A stretch of DNA of 60,328 nucleotides, from the IMG/VR virus record IMGVR_UViG_3300042399_000237, positions 1 to 60,328 of that record; one strand, 5' to 3'. Within the stretch, counting starts at the first letter, position 1, and each line of letters starts with the position of its first letter. A model generated the notes under the pieces. It was not told the DNA's origin. It was given only the letters and a program-made list of their open reading frames with translations, and ran no database searches. Both the position numbers and the translations under genes were made by a program. Shown piece by piece: positions 45,001-53,473 of this stretch. Source of the DNA: a virus. Its lineage: Duplodnaviria > Caudoviricetes.

Positions 45001-47253
45001 CTCAGCGGCTAGGTCGCCCTTCTGGTTAGGCGCAGCGGCTATTATCTGACGCAGGGTATCGTCAGGCAGTTTAGACACAGCATGCGCTTGCGCCTCTTCT
45101 CTACTATCAAATGTTCCGGCTGCCTCGTTGTTGTCATACAGAGTGTAGTCAGACTTGGTGGTGATCTTCTCGCCTCTAGGCTCAATCGTCAGAGGCTCTG
45201 CCAAATTCTCAGCGGCTGCGTTTAAACTCTCTATCTTAGCGAGCTTTGCTTGGTTCTTGCTTTCTAAGCCTGCAGCCTTGGTCTGATACTCAATGGTATT
45301 GGTCAGTCCCTGAGCAGCCATTGTGTCTAGCTCGGTCTGGCTCTGGGCAATCTGGTCCCCTAGTTTAGCCGCCTCTCTGGTGCTTCTAACTGCAAGACCC
45401 TGCCGCGCAGCGGAAAGGGTATCTATTCTTGACTTAGCCTTGTCCTCAGTTGCATGTTCTTCTAGGTCACCCTGCGATGTCTTAATTACATAAGACTCAG
45501 GCACAGAATCAGATGCGTATGTGTTCTCTCTAACGTCAGGACCGCCAGCTACCTTGTTGGCGTTTGGAACATGCACATTGATATTAGTCGTCCCGTCTGG
45601 GTTGGGGTATGACTTTGCGTACAGGTCGCCCCGACCGGCTGCGGTATGCAGTAATGACTCTGCATCCACATCGTTCTTCAATCCAGTGTAGCCCTTGATC
45701 TTATCGATAGTGTCCGCTAACGAGAGAGCGTTGTCTTCTGTATGGTCAGCGTTTAAATTATTAATCGCTACATCGTATTGCTCTTCCGAGAAGCGAGTGG
45801 CGCTTGTGCCTGCCAGATTCAAAGGAGTCTTCGAGATAGGTAATGCACTGACAGCTTTGATAGCAGAGAACAGTTGAGGCGGACTCATACCGTTTAAATC
45901 ATCTGTGCCTGTGGACCTACGAAGGAAATCTCTGAATCCTTGCGAGTCAGTATCTACATTCTTCTGTCCGGCGATGTTTAAAACGGTTGCTATGTGCTGA
46001 GGAGCGTTAGCTACATCTGTATCGCTAGGGACAAACCCCATCTTCTCTGCAATTAGATTGCTGATTTCTTGCTGAGGCATACCGGCATCAGACAGATCTT
46101 CTACAGAGAACGACTTCAGTAGAGGCTTACCTGCTTCTGCCCTTGTTTTGTTAATGAACGCCAGATGATCTGCGTTTAAACCGCTTGACTGAGTTGTAGT
46201 CCCGTCATCAGCAACGGTCTGCTTCTGGGCTGAGAAGTTTCCTAACGGATTGTAGATAGGATGCTTGTCTTGTGCAGCCGCCATCTTCTCTTTAGGACGT
46301 GAAGCAGCGTCTGCATCAGCGGTATCCTTAGCCGCTTGCATAGCCTTATCTATCTCTTCCTTATCCTTCTTGGCTAGGCTTGCTTGGTAGTCTCTGCGGA
46401 TGTCCTTCCTGAGAATTAGATCCAGACCTACCTGAGCTACCCCACCTACCCCAGCACCCATTGCCCCCTCTTTAAGGGCTGATCCACCGATCTCTTGGTC
46501 AGGATTGTATATCTGTTGAGCTATAACATCTTGTAAGGCTCCTGAGCCTGCTTCCTGTACGCCTTCTACAGCACCTTGCTGCAGCGCTCTCTTGCCATAA
46601 GCAAGCGGAGTTAGATCGGATGCTTTAGACAGACCCTTAGTGGCTCTGAATAGATTCTGTATTGGGAGGAGTTCTGTTAGTCCAGCAGGAACACCAGCGA
46701 CTAACGATCCAAACTCTTGACCGGGGGTAACTGTTAGACCTTCAGCACGAGCGGTCTCTACTCGCTGACGGGCTTCTTCTGCTCCCAGACCGGCTGTTTG
46801 AGCGACTGCTACAGGAGCTGCTGCGCGAGGAGCAACTCCCTTTATTACTGTCCCAAGACCTTTTAGCCCAGCTTGCGGACCAAGCATTGATCCGAATGAG
46901 CCTAAGCCATGTGCAAACTGAGACCCAAGACCTTCATCGGTCGGGGCTAATGATTGCTCTGTTTCTGTGATTGATTTGCCAAAGCCCGTCTCTGCAAACG
47001 GAGTCATCTCTGGATTGAAATAACGAGCAGCGGCGTATGGGAGAGAGCTTAACCCCCCTACAGCTTGGACCAGACCAGACCCAACTCCCCTTGCAATATT
47101 CCTTGGAGCGTTTAAAGCCTGACCTAAAGCTGTGGGTGGAGGTGGGAATGCTTCTGGATAGGCGCGTTTTGCAACCTCTAGAGCCTTGGCTCTAGGGACA
47201 TCATCATGGATTCTCCCACGAGACCCGTCTGGCAGATCTATTTCATATGCCAT
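39055..47253 (-). CDS. Large polyvalent (putative ejected) protein, 2732 aa
   Basis: Zincin HEGVH...EEAIAD; central WY...SAN...K..TF..N...TIDLHM...QVQAASW domain; ART-PolyVal-like TPEFKQWFGDSK...YHGT...PNQVKS; C-terminal LPD38-like RIPIPFELG...NYSFFTGQPI. Confidence 0.85.
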   Translation of the reverse strand: MAYEIDLPDGSRGRIHDDVPRAKALEVAKRAYPEAFPPPPTALGQALNAPRNIARGVGSGLVQAVGGLSSLPYAAARYFNPEMTPFAETGFGKSITETEQSLAPTDEGLGSQFAHGLGSFGSMLGPQAGLKGLGTVIKGVAPRAAAPVAVAQTAGLGAEEARQRVETARAEGLTVTPGQEFGSLVAGVPAGLTELLPIQNLFRATKGLSKASDLTPLAYGKRALQQGAVEGVQEAGSGALQDVIAQQIYNPDQEIGGSALKEGAMGAGVGGVAQVGLDLILRKDIRRDYQASLAKKDKEEIDKAMQAAKDTADADAASRPKEKMAAAQDKHPIYNPLGNFSAQKQTVADDGTTTQSSGLNADHLAFINKTRAEAGKPLLKSFSVEDLSDAGMPQQEISNLIAEKMGFVPSDTDVANAPQHIATVLNIAGQKNVDTDSQGFRDFLRRSTGTDDLNGMSPPQLFSAIKAVSALPISKTPLNLAGTSATRFSEEQYDVAINNLNADHTEDNALSLADTIDKIKGYTGLKNDVDAESLLHTAAGRGDLYAKSYPNPDGTTNINVHVPNANKVAGGPDVRENTYASDSVPESYVIKTSQGDLEEHATEDKAKSRIDTLSAARQGLAVRSTREAAKLGDQIAQSQTELDTMAAQGLTNTIEYQTKAAGLESKNQAKLAKIESLNAAAENLAEPLTIEPRGEKITTKSDYTLYDNNEAAGTFDSREEAQAHAVSKLPDDTLRQIIAAAPNQKGDLAAELSVMAQDELKARYGSVEGIREPHMVGNKKAEERLLSAGMFTGRFKEQAAELDRKLRPMMTRLGLGDLHLNIVNAIRASNESTADGEYSKKLIKIAIDAEKPMRVLRHEGVHALKELGAFSKDQWRVLENKAKSEWISKYNIIERYQGLNLSPEALIEEAIADAFSDFDQTKPPAGLIGAVFNKIKSFMEALGNSLDGIGFHTADSIFSKVEAGRLPATREPTSMEPKYGAFSLREAPKGETYNELNKTPEGAKVADLFLKHRAAEEKANKDRSMSQGRSEGEAARAFRRFNKALKEYTGNDKERQMKISGGLGTEQTLYDEAKDQGKFSLREGPPLPEKQARIYASELERLVKRVGERIAGMESGKTLEDVRTAVKKLQQYTNEGIKGKEWYEDSAKAILNAFNGDKVLAEKFFQIISITSANTEVAANFTKASKAWEQFARGAEIKVGTGRENKAVSDLLNFGIDWDGRKTNTFYSNFMDAMEGKDSGRSTIDLHMTRMLFDRDTPTDAQYELAENLVRLVASKRNLPARQVQAASWITQKAKTIFERYRAKGYKKALSDAQLREYAMEMAIVDYSHLLGKRTTPLPVTTKLQKPSAETRAETHVITGEVIPSVSSEMGQVAELKLKAKEDLNKIILDSGAIQGMARALNLKSKVRVSVGSGGYAGGITPNLIVHVHHDDPVIAKQDAMDLSQAMTYAFKQDAVPFFRADPALADKAQLGYRFRFKRKELTLTQERKMFKALQEELGPLAGYTKTRANELVLINYTGSDAFVESAEEFADIAKRFETKINEIAELEDTSVFGAESEYPYHDWTEQPAGEDLIKGLQTSEAGRSNILRRLDDVRESFKSSAREAVRSEGKEPRFSLRQTKTPEFKQWFGDSKQVNHDDFVVPDWMYRGVSDDEIIGSPKFWYHGTARDIGTFKPKQANSIFLSPDPDFAAHFSALSADSISEHSDELLSSEHQADLKVILQKIRDSHRAGSSLEDKLNEATKEFVLDRLNSGENIMPLYVRAEKTFDYENPAHIEILKPIISKRYTNQDGPVARSMQAQYLGALKKGAWDTLENPDIQKAIKGAGFDSYYVAEGGNKNLAVYSPNQVKSAVGNTGAFSRSNDDVKYSIRATSAQTKPQGRFDEANADLSPDMTAAINRTTTARKNEGWSDRIAAAFSPRSFTAFRQAFIHGADSISNLTRESALQFGEQEYHADRSAIAAVVFADRAAGIAASSFVNGPPVYKNGFASVPENSTVRGLIPILEPIMKGGAHMFQRFQFYAGTRRGSRLMYETRVGKDGKTITSTREQNFTKEDIERGKILEKMHPEFKQVFAEYQQYNNGLVQFMKDTGVISAKEAELWTKNWDYIPFYRQMDGDRINAPAIFSSISGVKKPKELKGGEAPLADFMETVIRNSRAAIEAGMKNVAGQRTIRDLQRLNQASEVPPATKGYDIVSIKQAGVTKFYKVDDSLVYEALKGLDAPHLPFVEILAKPANFLRDMVTKDPGFMLANLARDSMQAWVTSGVNMTPLFDTFKQAGKAMLGSNPEAAALARSGYFTGYDFAGDTKSSAAAVEKELRKRTGTQTAAEKALMPISKIMDILDKGAHISDLATRSEVYKRVLEETGNEAEATYQALEIMNFSRKGNSALIRIVTALVPFMNARIQGMDVLYRTGFGRSATRNNEQQKKLFATRSLTILGLTAMYLALAADTEEYKNATPEERDNYWILGGLGRIPIPFELGVLFKVFPERIYQHVWGMDTGADLRQSIARNLSSTLVMNPIPHVAMPIVENIANYSFFTGQPIVGKGMEDVYTPYQANPSTSLLAQLVGKETNQSPLKIDNLIRGYTGTIGTYAVMMLDAAMRGEGDDVKATKKLEQMPVFKRFMTTKQGSGTINAYYELKKEVDTAVKTVNFLERQGDYDELAVFQAGRGGKLLGIKDYMNGLNEEMSSLRTFRREARRSKMDPDNLAEIESNIKDAEINVTKNIQFVKKALD

Positions 47254-48881
47254 TATTGTCGAGCGCCCTCAGCCACGCCCCTAATTTCCTTTGGTGCTGC
47301 CGGTTGAGCAGAAGCTCCAGCAAGACCCATTAACCTTTGGTACTCTTCTGCAAGCTGCTGATCGTATTGTGGGTGATTATCGAAGATACCAAGTGCCATT
47401 AACCTTGTTCTAGCAGTGGCAAGCAACTTGGGATCTGTCTTCCCCATCGCGTAAGCAGCCCTAACTTTAGCCGCTTCCACAGACGCAGAATTTTCTCCTT
47501 GCGTTTCAGATCTGGCTTTATAAAGATCAGCCAAGCCATAATTCCCTGCAATCTTGCTTGGCAATTCTGCTGCCGTAAAATCCTGCTCCCTTTTCTTGGC
47601 AGCAAGGTTCCCGCCAACTTGCTGACCCTCTAGAGTGGCTTTGTACTGATCAAGCATGTTTTGACGACCAGCTTGTCCAGCGCTGTATCTAGCTTGATCT
47701 TGCAAGAGCTGTGACTTGGCTAAGTCTTGTCTAGCCTGAGTCATTAGGTCTTCTCCGCCACGAACATCTTTCATGCTCTGACGATAAGCTAACATACCCT
47801 CTTCTGCGCCCTCGCCAAAATAACGACCGGGAGACTTGGATTTTAGAACCCCAATGCCAGCCATCATAAGGGCTTCATTCAATGCAGACTTTCTGCGATC
47901 TTTAAGATTCTGAGTGCGAGTGCCTAGCTCTTTTTCAGTCCCAACAAGTCTATCTGGGACATCTTTGTTATATCTCTCAGTCTGTCTCTGCTGGGCAGCA
48001 GCAAACTCTTCCTCGGTTGGAAGCGCTTTAGGATAATAAGCAGCAAACGGATCTACTTCTGGAGACTTGACAGCAGAGCCTCCAAGAGAGCCTCTAGAGA
48101 GAGCGATATTGGGTCTTGGCGGACCCATATTCTCAGCATTAACCTGATCAGCCGCTACCTGCTTCTGGGTAGCAGCCTGAGCAGCATCTTTCTGCATCTG
48201 TATAGTTTTAGCTCCAATAGCCACTTCCTTTGCTTGCTGTCTTCTCATGTACTCGCCAAGACTAACAGCGTCACCAGTCTCAGGATCAATCTTCTTTATT
48301 TCCGGAGACCCAAACATTCCTTGCACAGCCCCACTTAAAGACCCATACGCCTTTTGCGTAGCCTTACTTAAAGCAGGAAGATTTTCATCCAACTTATTTG
48401 AATCCGACTGATTCGCTGTTTGTAGAAGCTCAAACGGCATCCCGCCTTGCTGGAACCTCTTAACATCACCACCCTCTTGGAATGCAACTAACCCACCGCC
48501 AGCCATACGCTTACGGGGAGAAGCCATTGCATCTGTAGCGGCTAATGAACTAGCCTGTGGGGTAGCCATCAGACCAGCAGCAGGCATCTGAGGTATCTGC
48601 GGAGGCATAGGCATCTGAGGAGGCAGAGGCTGTTGTTGTGGTGCTGGCTGTTGCATTTGAGCAACAGCAGACATCATCTGCTCCCTATTAGGCTGAGTCA
48701 GATCTTCTACAACGGTAGACTTAGGATCATTCTTCAGCGCCCTATCTCGCATTCCTTTGCGTCTAGTTAGCTCTGAGATGACCAGATATGCTGGGTAAGC
48801 GCCTGTAGGCTGCTGTACCTCATTCATCAGGTAATGATCAGGAACGTCCTTTAGGTTGTTTGAAAGCTCTATGAGATTCAT
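47253..48881 (-). CDS. Putative internal virion/ejection protein with GG motifs
   Basis: MAGGGLVAFQEGGDVKRFQQGG; helical, Q/A-rich. Confidence 0.65.
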   Translation of the reverse strand: MNLIELSNNLKDVPDHYLMNEVQQPTGAYPAYLVISELTRRKGMRDRALKNDPKSTVVEDLTQPNREQMMSAVAQMQQPAPQQQPLPPQMPMPPQIPQMPAAGLMATPQASSLAATDAMASPRKRMAGGGLVAFQEGGDVKRFQQGGMPFELLQTANQSDSNKLDENLPALSKATQKAYGSLSGAVQGMFGSPEIKKIDPETGDAVSLGEYMRRQQAKEVAIGAKTIQMQKDAAQAATQKQVAADQVNAENMGPPRPNIALSRGSLGGSAVKSPEVDPFAAYYPKALPTEEEFAAAQQRQTERYNKDVPDRLVGTEKELGTRTQNLKDRRKSALNEALMMAGIGVLKSKSPGRYFGEGAEEGMLAYRQSMKDVRGGEDLMTQARQDLAKSQLLQDQARYSAGQAGRQNMLDQYKATLEGQQVGGNLAAKKREQDFTAAELPSKIAGNYGLADLYKARSETQGENSASVEAAKVRAAYAMGKTDPKLLATARTRLMALGIFDNHPQYDQQLAEEYQRLMGLAGASAQPAAPKEIRGVAEGARQ

Positions 48882-50182
48882 GACTTCATTCCTTCTCTAG
48901 CAAGACCAGCGGCTAATAGACCAGCCCCGCTCATCTGCTGGGCTAGACTTGGTTGAGCTTCATATACTGTCTTGCCGCCTGTAGCAGCAAGATTTGAACT
49001 CCCACGCAACAGATCAGACATGAACCCAAGCTGTTTATACGGGTACGCCTTTTGATCTATGTAGTTCTGATAAGCAATCTCAAGCGCTTGCTGTTGTTGC
49101 TGCTGGTCCATAGCGCCAAAGGCTTCCTGAGCTTTAGCTAGGTCTATTCCTGCTGTCTGCCTCTGAGCGCCTAAGTTGCCAAGACTTGTAGCTGCGGTGA
49201 TAGCTTGGTTAGATCCTTGCAGACCAGCGGTTGTCCCAAACTGCCTAGACTGCTCTGCTGCCTTTTGAGCGTCCATAGACAACTGAGCTTCTCTGGCTGC
49301 TGATGACTCCCCAAAGGTTGAGCCATACTGTCTAGAGGCTTCTGCGGCTTTCTGAGCATCCATCATTGCTGCTTGATTAGCTAGTTGAGCCTGAGTGCCA
49401 TACTGAAGGTTCTGCCCTTGTGCTGTCATGGCACGACCTTGGTCGCGTTCAAACTGAGCTTGTGCGTTCTCATATGCAGACTGAAGACCTTGAGCCTGTA
49501 TACCGCCTAACTGAGACCCTAATGCCCTTTCTCTTTCTGTCTGACCAATAAGCTGTCTGGCTCCGCCAAATGTACCTTGACCCGCAGCGGATAGGTTTGC
49601 ATTCTTCTGAACAATCTGTGCATCCCGCATTGCCTGAATCTTTTGCTGTTCTACAACCGCCTGCATGTAAGGAGAGGTGTACTGTGCTACTTGATCCGCG
49701 CCAAAGGTAGCGGATGTTGCTCTCTCAGGGGTGACTGTAGCTGCGTTAAACGCTGTAGGTGAATAAGACCTTGTTGCGTAGTTAGTTCCAAATCCTGAAG
49801 GGGCATAGTTACCAGCGCCTAGACTTGATGCCCCAGCCGCCGTAGCTAGATCTGTTGCTGTGCCAAAGTTAGCAGAAGGAGCCATCCCTGTTACGGATGA
49901 TCTAGCAGCCGCTTGCTCTGGGGTTGCTACAGCAAGTCGATCTCCCTTGTATGCCTGATACGGAGCGCCCGGAGAGCCTTCTGGATTAACGCCAGTTATA
50001 GCGCCTGCCTGCCCCAGCATCGCTTCCATGTATGGCTTGGCGTATTCTGGTACGGAGACCTGAGATGTCTGGGTAGGCATTGGAGGGGGCGTACCGCCAC
50101 CACCTTCTAGGGTCATACCCCTTCTTCCGCATCTTGGTTTAAACGCTCCCTCTGGGAGCATTGAGAAATGGTTATATATCAT
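48878..50182 (-). CDS. Putative ejection/DNA-transfer protein
   Basis: YTSPYMQAVV...GTFGGARQ...YPYKQLGFMSDLLRG; A/Q/G-rich. Confidence 0.65.
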   Translation of the reverse strand: MIYNHFSMLPEGAFKPRCGRRGMTLEGGGGTPPPMPTQTSQVSVPEYAKPYMEAMLGQAGAITGVNPEGSPGAPYQAYKGDRLAVATPEQAAARSSVTGMAPSANFGTATDLATAAGASSLGAGNYAPSGFGTNYATRSYSPTAFNAATVTPERATSATFGADQVAQYTSPYMQAVVEQQKIQAMRDAQIVQKNANLSAAGQGTFGGARQLIGQTERERALGSQLGGIQAQGLQSAYENAQAQFERDQGRAMTAQGQNLQYGTQAQLANQAAMMDAQKAAEASRQYGSTFGESSAAREAQLSMDAQKAAEQSRQFGTTAGLQGSNQAITAATSLGNLGAQRQTAGIDLAKAQEAFGAMDQQQQQQALEIAYQNYIDQKAYPYKQLGFMSDLLRGSSNLAATGGKTVYEAQPSLAQQMSGAGLLAAGLAREGMKS

Positions 50183-50190
50183 GCTGTCAC

Positions 50191-50613
50191 CTATTTAAAG
50201 AATCGTTGGAACGAGATGCTTTGTACTTCGTATCCATACTTCTTTATTGCTCTTGACCATCCCGGTCTGCCAGTGAATTCTATCCCCACACATCCTGCAG
50301 CCTTTGCATAGCCTTCTGCTAACTCCTGCATCCTGTCAGATACCTGCTCCATTACATGTGGTTCCATCGCACAGTACTGAATAGCAAACATCTTACATTG
50401 ATGATACTGCTTAACCTCAGTTATCAAGTGACCGTATATATTCTGGTCATCCATAACTACCCACAGTTGCATTTGACGGGAGAGGATGAATGACAGTATA
50501 TCGTCAGCGGTCGCTCTTCCCATCGTCCATTCTTCTGATACCTTCAGATACGGTAGAATCTGCGGGAGGATGGAGCAAACCATTCCCGGTGGCACTAATG
50601 ACAGATCCATCAT
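50191..50613 (-). CDS. GNAT-like fold protein
   Basis: MQLWVV...YAKAAGCVGIEFTGRPGWSR. Confidence 0.6.
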   Translation of the reverse strand: MMDLSLVPPGMVCSILPQILPYLKVSEEWTMGRATADDILSFILSRQMQLWVVMDDQNIYGHLITEVKQYHQCKMFAIQYCAMEPHVMEQVSDRMQELAEGYAKAAGCVGIEFTGRPGWSRAIKKYGYEVQSISFQRFFK

Positions 50614-51989
50614 CTAGGCAGATACTTTGCTGCGTTGATTTGAGGAGACTGCCTCTTGCGTCCAGTTCTTTCTTTTCTAATCTTGTCCATCATTGCATAG
50701 AGCTTTTCTGCCCCTGCCTTGCTTGATCCGTTCCCTATGTGGGAGACAACGTCTGCTGGTATGACAAACTCTCCATCAGCCAACCTAGCTGGCTGCTTGG
50801 TTCCTATCATAGCAGGTATGTCGTCACTCATCCCATCTCCACGACCACTCAGGAAGTTACCGCCTCTATGTAGGCTTAGTAAGCCGCCTTGAGCTGCTTT
50901 GTATGGAGTTCCTGCGGCATAGCTGCTTGAGTATCTAATCTTCTCTCTGCCGCTTGGATCTGCTTCTTGGTCAGAGGTATCTTCTTCGGAATAGGTGTAG
51001 GGGCGAATCATTGTTTCTGAGATTGGGTTCACCCCGCTACTTGGAGGCATCATCTGCGCCAGACCCAGACCGCCTAGAACAAGCTCCATTTTGTTATCCA
51101 TTGCAAAATCACCAGCCTTTTGCAAAGGCGTTCTGTGTACGGTGGAGTCTGCAATAGACTTCATCATAAGATCAGTTCCCGCCTCATTAACGGGATTAGT
51201 AAGGTTTGTAACCTTTGGGCTTAAAGACGTCTCGACAGAGCCAAGTCCGCCTCTGCCAGCATTAAATGGGCTGGATGGGGCGGCAACATCAGGAAGGTAA
51301 GCGGTTGATTTTGGAGCTGGAGCCTTGACCACATCAGTAGGGCTGATGGATTTGCCATAGTTCATTGGACCGGCTTGAGGCAAGGTGGGTGTCTTTGGCG
51401 GAGTTACAGAAACAAGGTTTGACGGTGCGGGAGCAGGGGTTGTGGGAGGCTTGGCTATAGTCATGCCGCCGCTTTGATTTCCTGCCATAGAGTTTTGGAG
51501 GAACCGTTGATTTCCTGCAGTAAGAGCTTCTTTAGATGCTCCTTCTCCCACCTCTTTACCTGCTGTTTTAGCCGCTTCCTTTGTTACCTGACTAAAGCTC
51601 TGCTCTGCAAGTGCTGGGACGGCTGTTGTTGCGACTGTGGTGGGTAAAGCCCCTAGTCCACCGGAGGCAACACCCGGAGCAATTCCAGTAGCGGCTCCTT
51701 CTGCTAGCATTGCGGCAGAAGGCATAGCCCCGCCAATTCCAGCGGCAGTAGGGATAACTGCAGGAATTAAGGGGGCAACAACACCCGGAGCAATTCCAGT
51801 AGCAGCTCCTGTTGACAGCATTGCGGCAGAAGGCAGGCTGGCAGCGGCGGCAGTGGATGCGAGTGCTGAAGCTGTAGCTGCCGCTGTTGTTGCTGCTGCC
51901 ACTTGCGCTGCTGTTGCTCCTGCTATCGCTGCCGCTTGCATTGCTGCTACGGTTGTCCCCGCTGCTGCTGCTGCCGCTATGAAAGACAT
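50610..51989 (-). CDS. Putative internal virion protein
   Basis: Ala-rich N-terminus with an internal duplication (PSAAML..GAATGIAPGV x2); AAQGG/LHRGG; C-terminal GDGMSDDIPA...LADGEFVIPADVV..IGNGSS.AGA. Confidence 0.7.
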   Translation of the reverse strand: MSFIAAAAAAGTTVAAMQAAAIAGATAAQVAAATTAAATASALASTAAAASLPSAAMLSTGAATGIAPGVVAPLIPAVIPTAAGIGGAMPSAAMLAEGAATGIAPGVASGGLGALPTTVATTAVPALAEQSFSQVTKEAAKTAGKEVGEGASKEALTAGNQRFLQNSMAGNQSGGMTIAKPPTTPAPAPSNLVSVTPPKTPTLPQAGPMNYGKSISPTDVVKAPAPKSTAYLPDVAAPSSPFNAGRGGLGSVETSLSPKVTNLTNPVNEAGTDLMMKSIADSTVHRTPLQKAGDFAMDNKMELVLGGLGLAQMMPPSSGVNPISETMIRPYTYSEEDTSDQEADPSGREKIRYSSSYAAGTPYKAAQGGLLSLHRGGNFLSGRGDGMSDDIPAMIGTKQPARLADGEFVIPADVVSHIGNGSSKAGAEKLYAMMDKIRKERTGRKRQSPQINAAKYLPR

Positions 51990-52456
51990 AATGGGTTTCC
52001 TTTATACTGTAAAAATTCTTGGTAACTACCAATAGTCAATTCATCCTCAGCTTTGTCAACTTCGGTTTCTTCCGTCCCGCAAATTGTTGTCCATACAGTA
52101 TCTTCATGCGTGAACCCAGCGCGTTTGATACCAGCCGGCGACTCAAACATATCGCCTGCTTTTAGACGCTTCCAGCCGTCCTCAGTCAATACTGAAATGT
52201 CACCCTTGACGACAATATTTACCTGCTTGAATTTGTGCATCTTGCCAATGATGATAGAGCCTTTTGGCGCTGTCATTTCACGGACGTAGACTTTATTACC
52301 GAAGCAATGGCGTAATGGGGCTTCAACTTGAGGCATCTGCTTTAATGCAGCTTCAATGACAAACAGCTTTTCGATCATGTCTCCGCTCATCGCGCTCATA
52401 GTGGCAGTAAATTCTACCATTTCGCTCGATGTAGTCTGGGGGTCTATTAGCTGCAT
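51977..52456 (-). CDS. Cupin-fold protein
   Basis: HCF...YVREM..PKG..IIGKMHK...KGDI.V...SPAGIKRAG..HEDTVW. Confidence 0.75.
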   Translation of the reverse strand: MQLIDPQTTSSEMVEFTATMSAMSGDMIEKLFVIEAALKQMPQVEAPLRHCFGNKVYVREMTAPKGSIIIGKMHKFKQVNIVVKGDISVLTEDGWKRLKAGDMFESPAGIKRAGFTHEDTVWTTICGTEETEVDKAEDELTIGSYQEFLQYKGNPLCLS

Positions 52457-52486
52457 AGTTACATTATCCTCGCCTGCATTTAAACG

Positions 52487-53473
52487 TCAAGGTATTGCTG
52501 ATACAAACTGCAATGTAGCTATGACTCCGGGAGACTGTGGAGTGGTGGGAGTAGACCCAGCGGCTATAGTTGCAATACTTATCCCTAAATCAGTTCCATG
52601 CCACATGATCTCCAAGAAATCAGCAGCAGCTAATTGGATCATATAGTTTAAACCGGCAATGAGTTGCCCGTTTACCCCGCCATGACTACTGTGGATTGTA
52701 AAGACGCTATTGCTATTGGCTATGCCTGCCGCTGTAGGGGTGGCTGCGTTCTTTCTAAACCATATATCAATGTCATGAGCCGCGACATCAGTATTAATAA
52801 ACTGAGCGCTGAACTGTAAGTTATATATCCCTGCATTGGTCACAGTGAGCTTGGTTGCCATAGCCCCGGTTAAGGCTCTTGAGGTCACTGTTTGAGACAC
52901 AGAGACGGTATACGTCCCTACGCCACCGCTTGTACCAGATAACTGGTCAATAACATAGGTGTCGGCAGTAACTGTGGTTCCTGCTATTAACATGCCCGGA
53001 AAGATAAGCCCTGTTAACCCAGAGGCTACAGTTAGAACTGTAAGAGCTATTGAGCCTGTGAAGGCAGCAGATCTAGAGCCAACCGATACCCCGCTAGATA
53101 TGTCTGTAGCTGCAAGACGCATCGGGTATTCAGTGGTTACGCTTCCGCCAGCTTGATTGGTTGTATCGTAGAACGATCCATAGGGCAGAGTAACGGCTAG
53201 TCCAGACCCTATGAATGTGCCGGTAAAGTCTCCGCCTACAAAGTGATCCCCAGTAAATGTAGTGCCATCAAAGTCACCGCCGGTAAACTGATCCCCTATG
53301 AACTCACCGCCATAGAAGAAGTCACCCCTGTAAGACTGATTGAAGAGAGGGGCATTAGAGTCTAGTTTATTGAAGTACAGCTCAATCACTCGAATGAGCT
53401 GAAGCATGTACTCCCTGTCATATTCTGGCTTAGGGTTAGGTAGAGGAGACGCTCTGAATGACACCATTGCCAT
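52487..53473 (-). CDS. Tail structural protein
   Basis: PYGSFYDTTNQ...GIYNLQFSAQF...IWFRKN; FxG pentapeptide repeats. Confidence 0.65.
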   Translation of the reverse strand: MAMVSFRASPLPNPKPEYDREYMLQLIRVIELYFNKLDSNAPLFNQSYRGDFFYGGEFIGDQFTGGDFDGTTFTGDHFVGGDFTGTFIGSGLAVTLPYGSFYDTTNQAGGSVTTEYPMRLAATDISSGVSVGSRSAAFTGSIALTVLTVASGLTGLIFPGMLIAGTTVTADTYVIDQLSGTSGGVGTYTVSVSQTVTSRALTGAMATKLTVTNAGIYNLQFSAQFINTDVAAHDIDIWFRKNAATPTAAGIANSNSVFTIHSSHGGVNGQLIAGLNYMIQLAAADFLEIMWHGTDLGISIATIAAGSTPTTPQSPGVIATLQFVSAIP

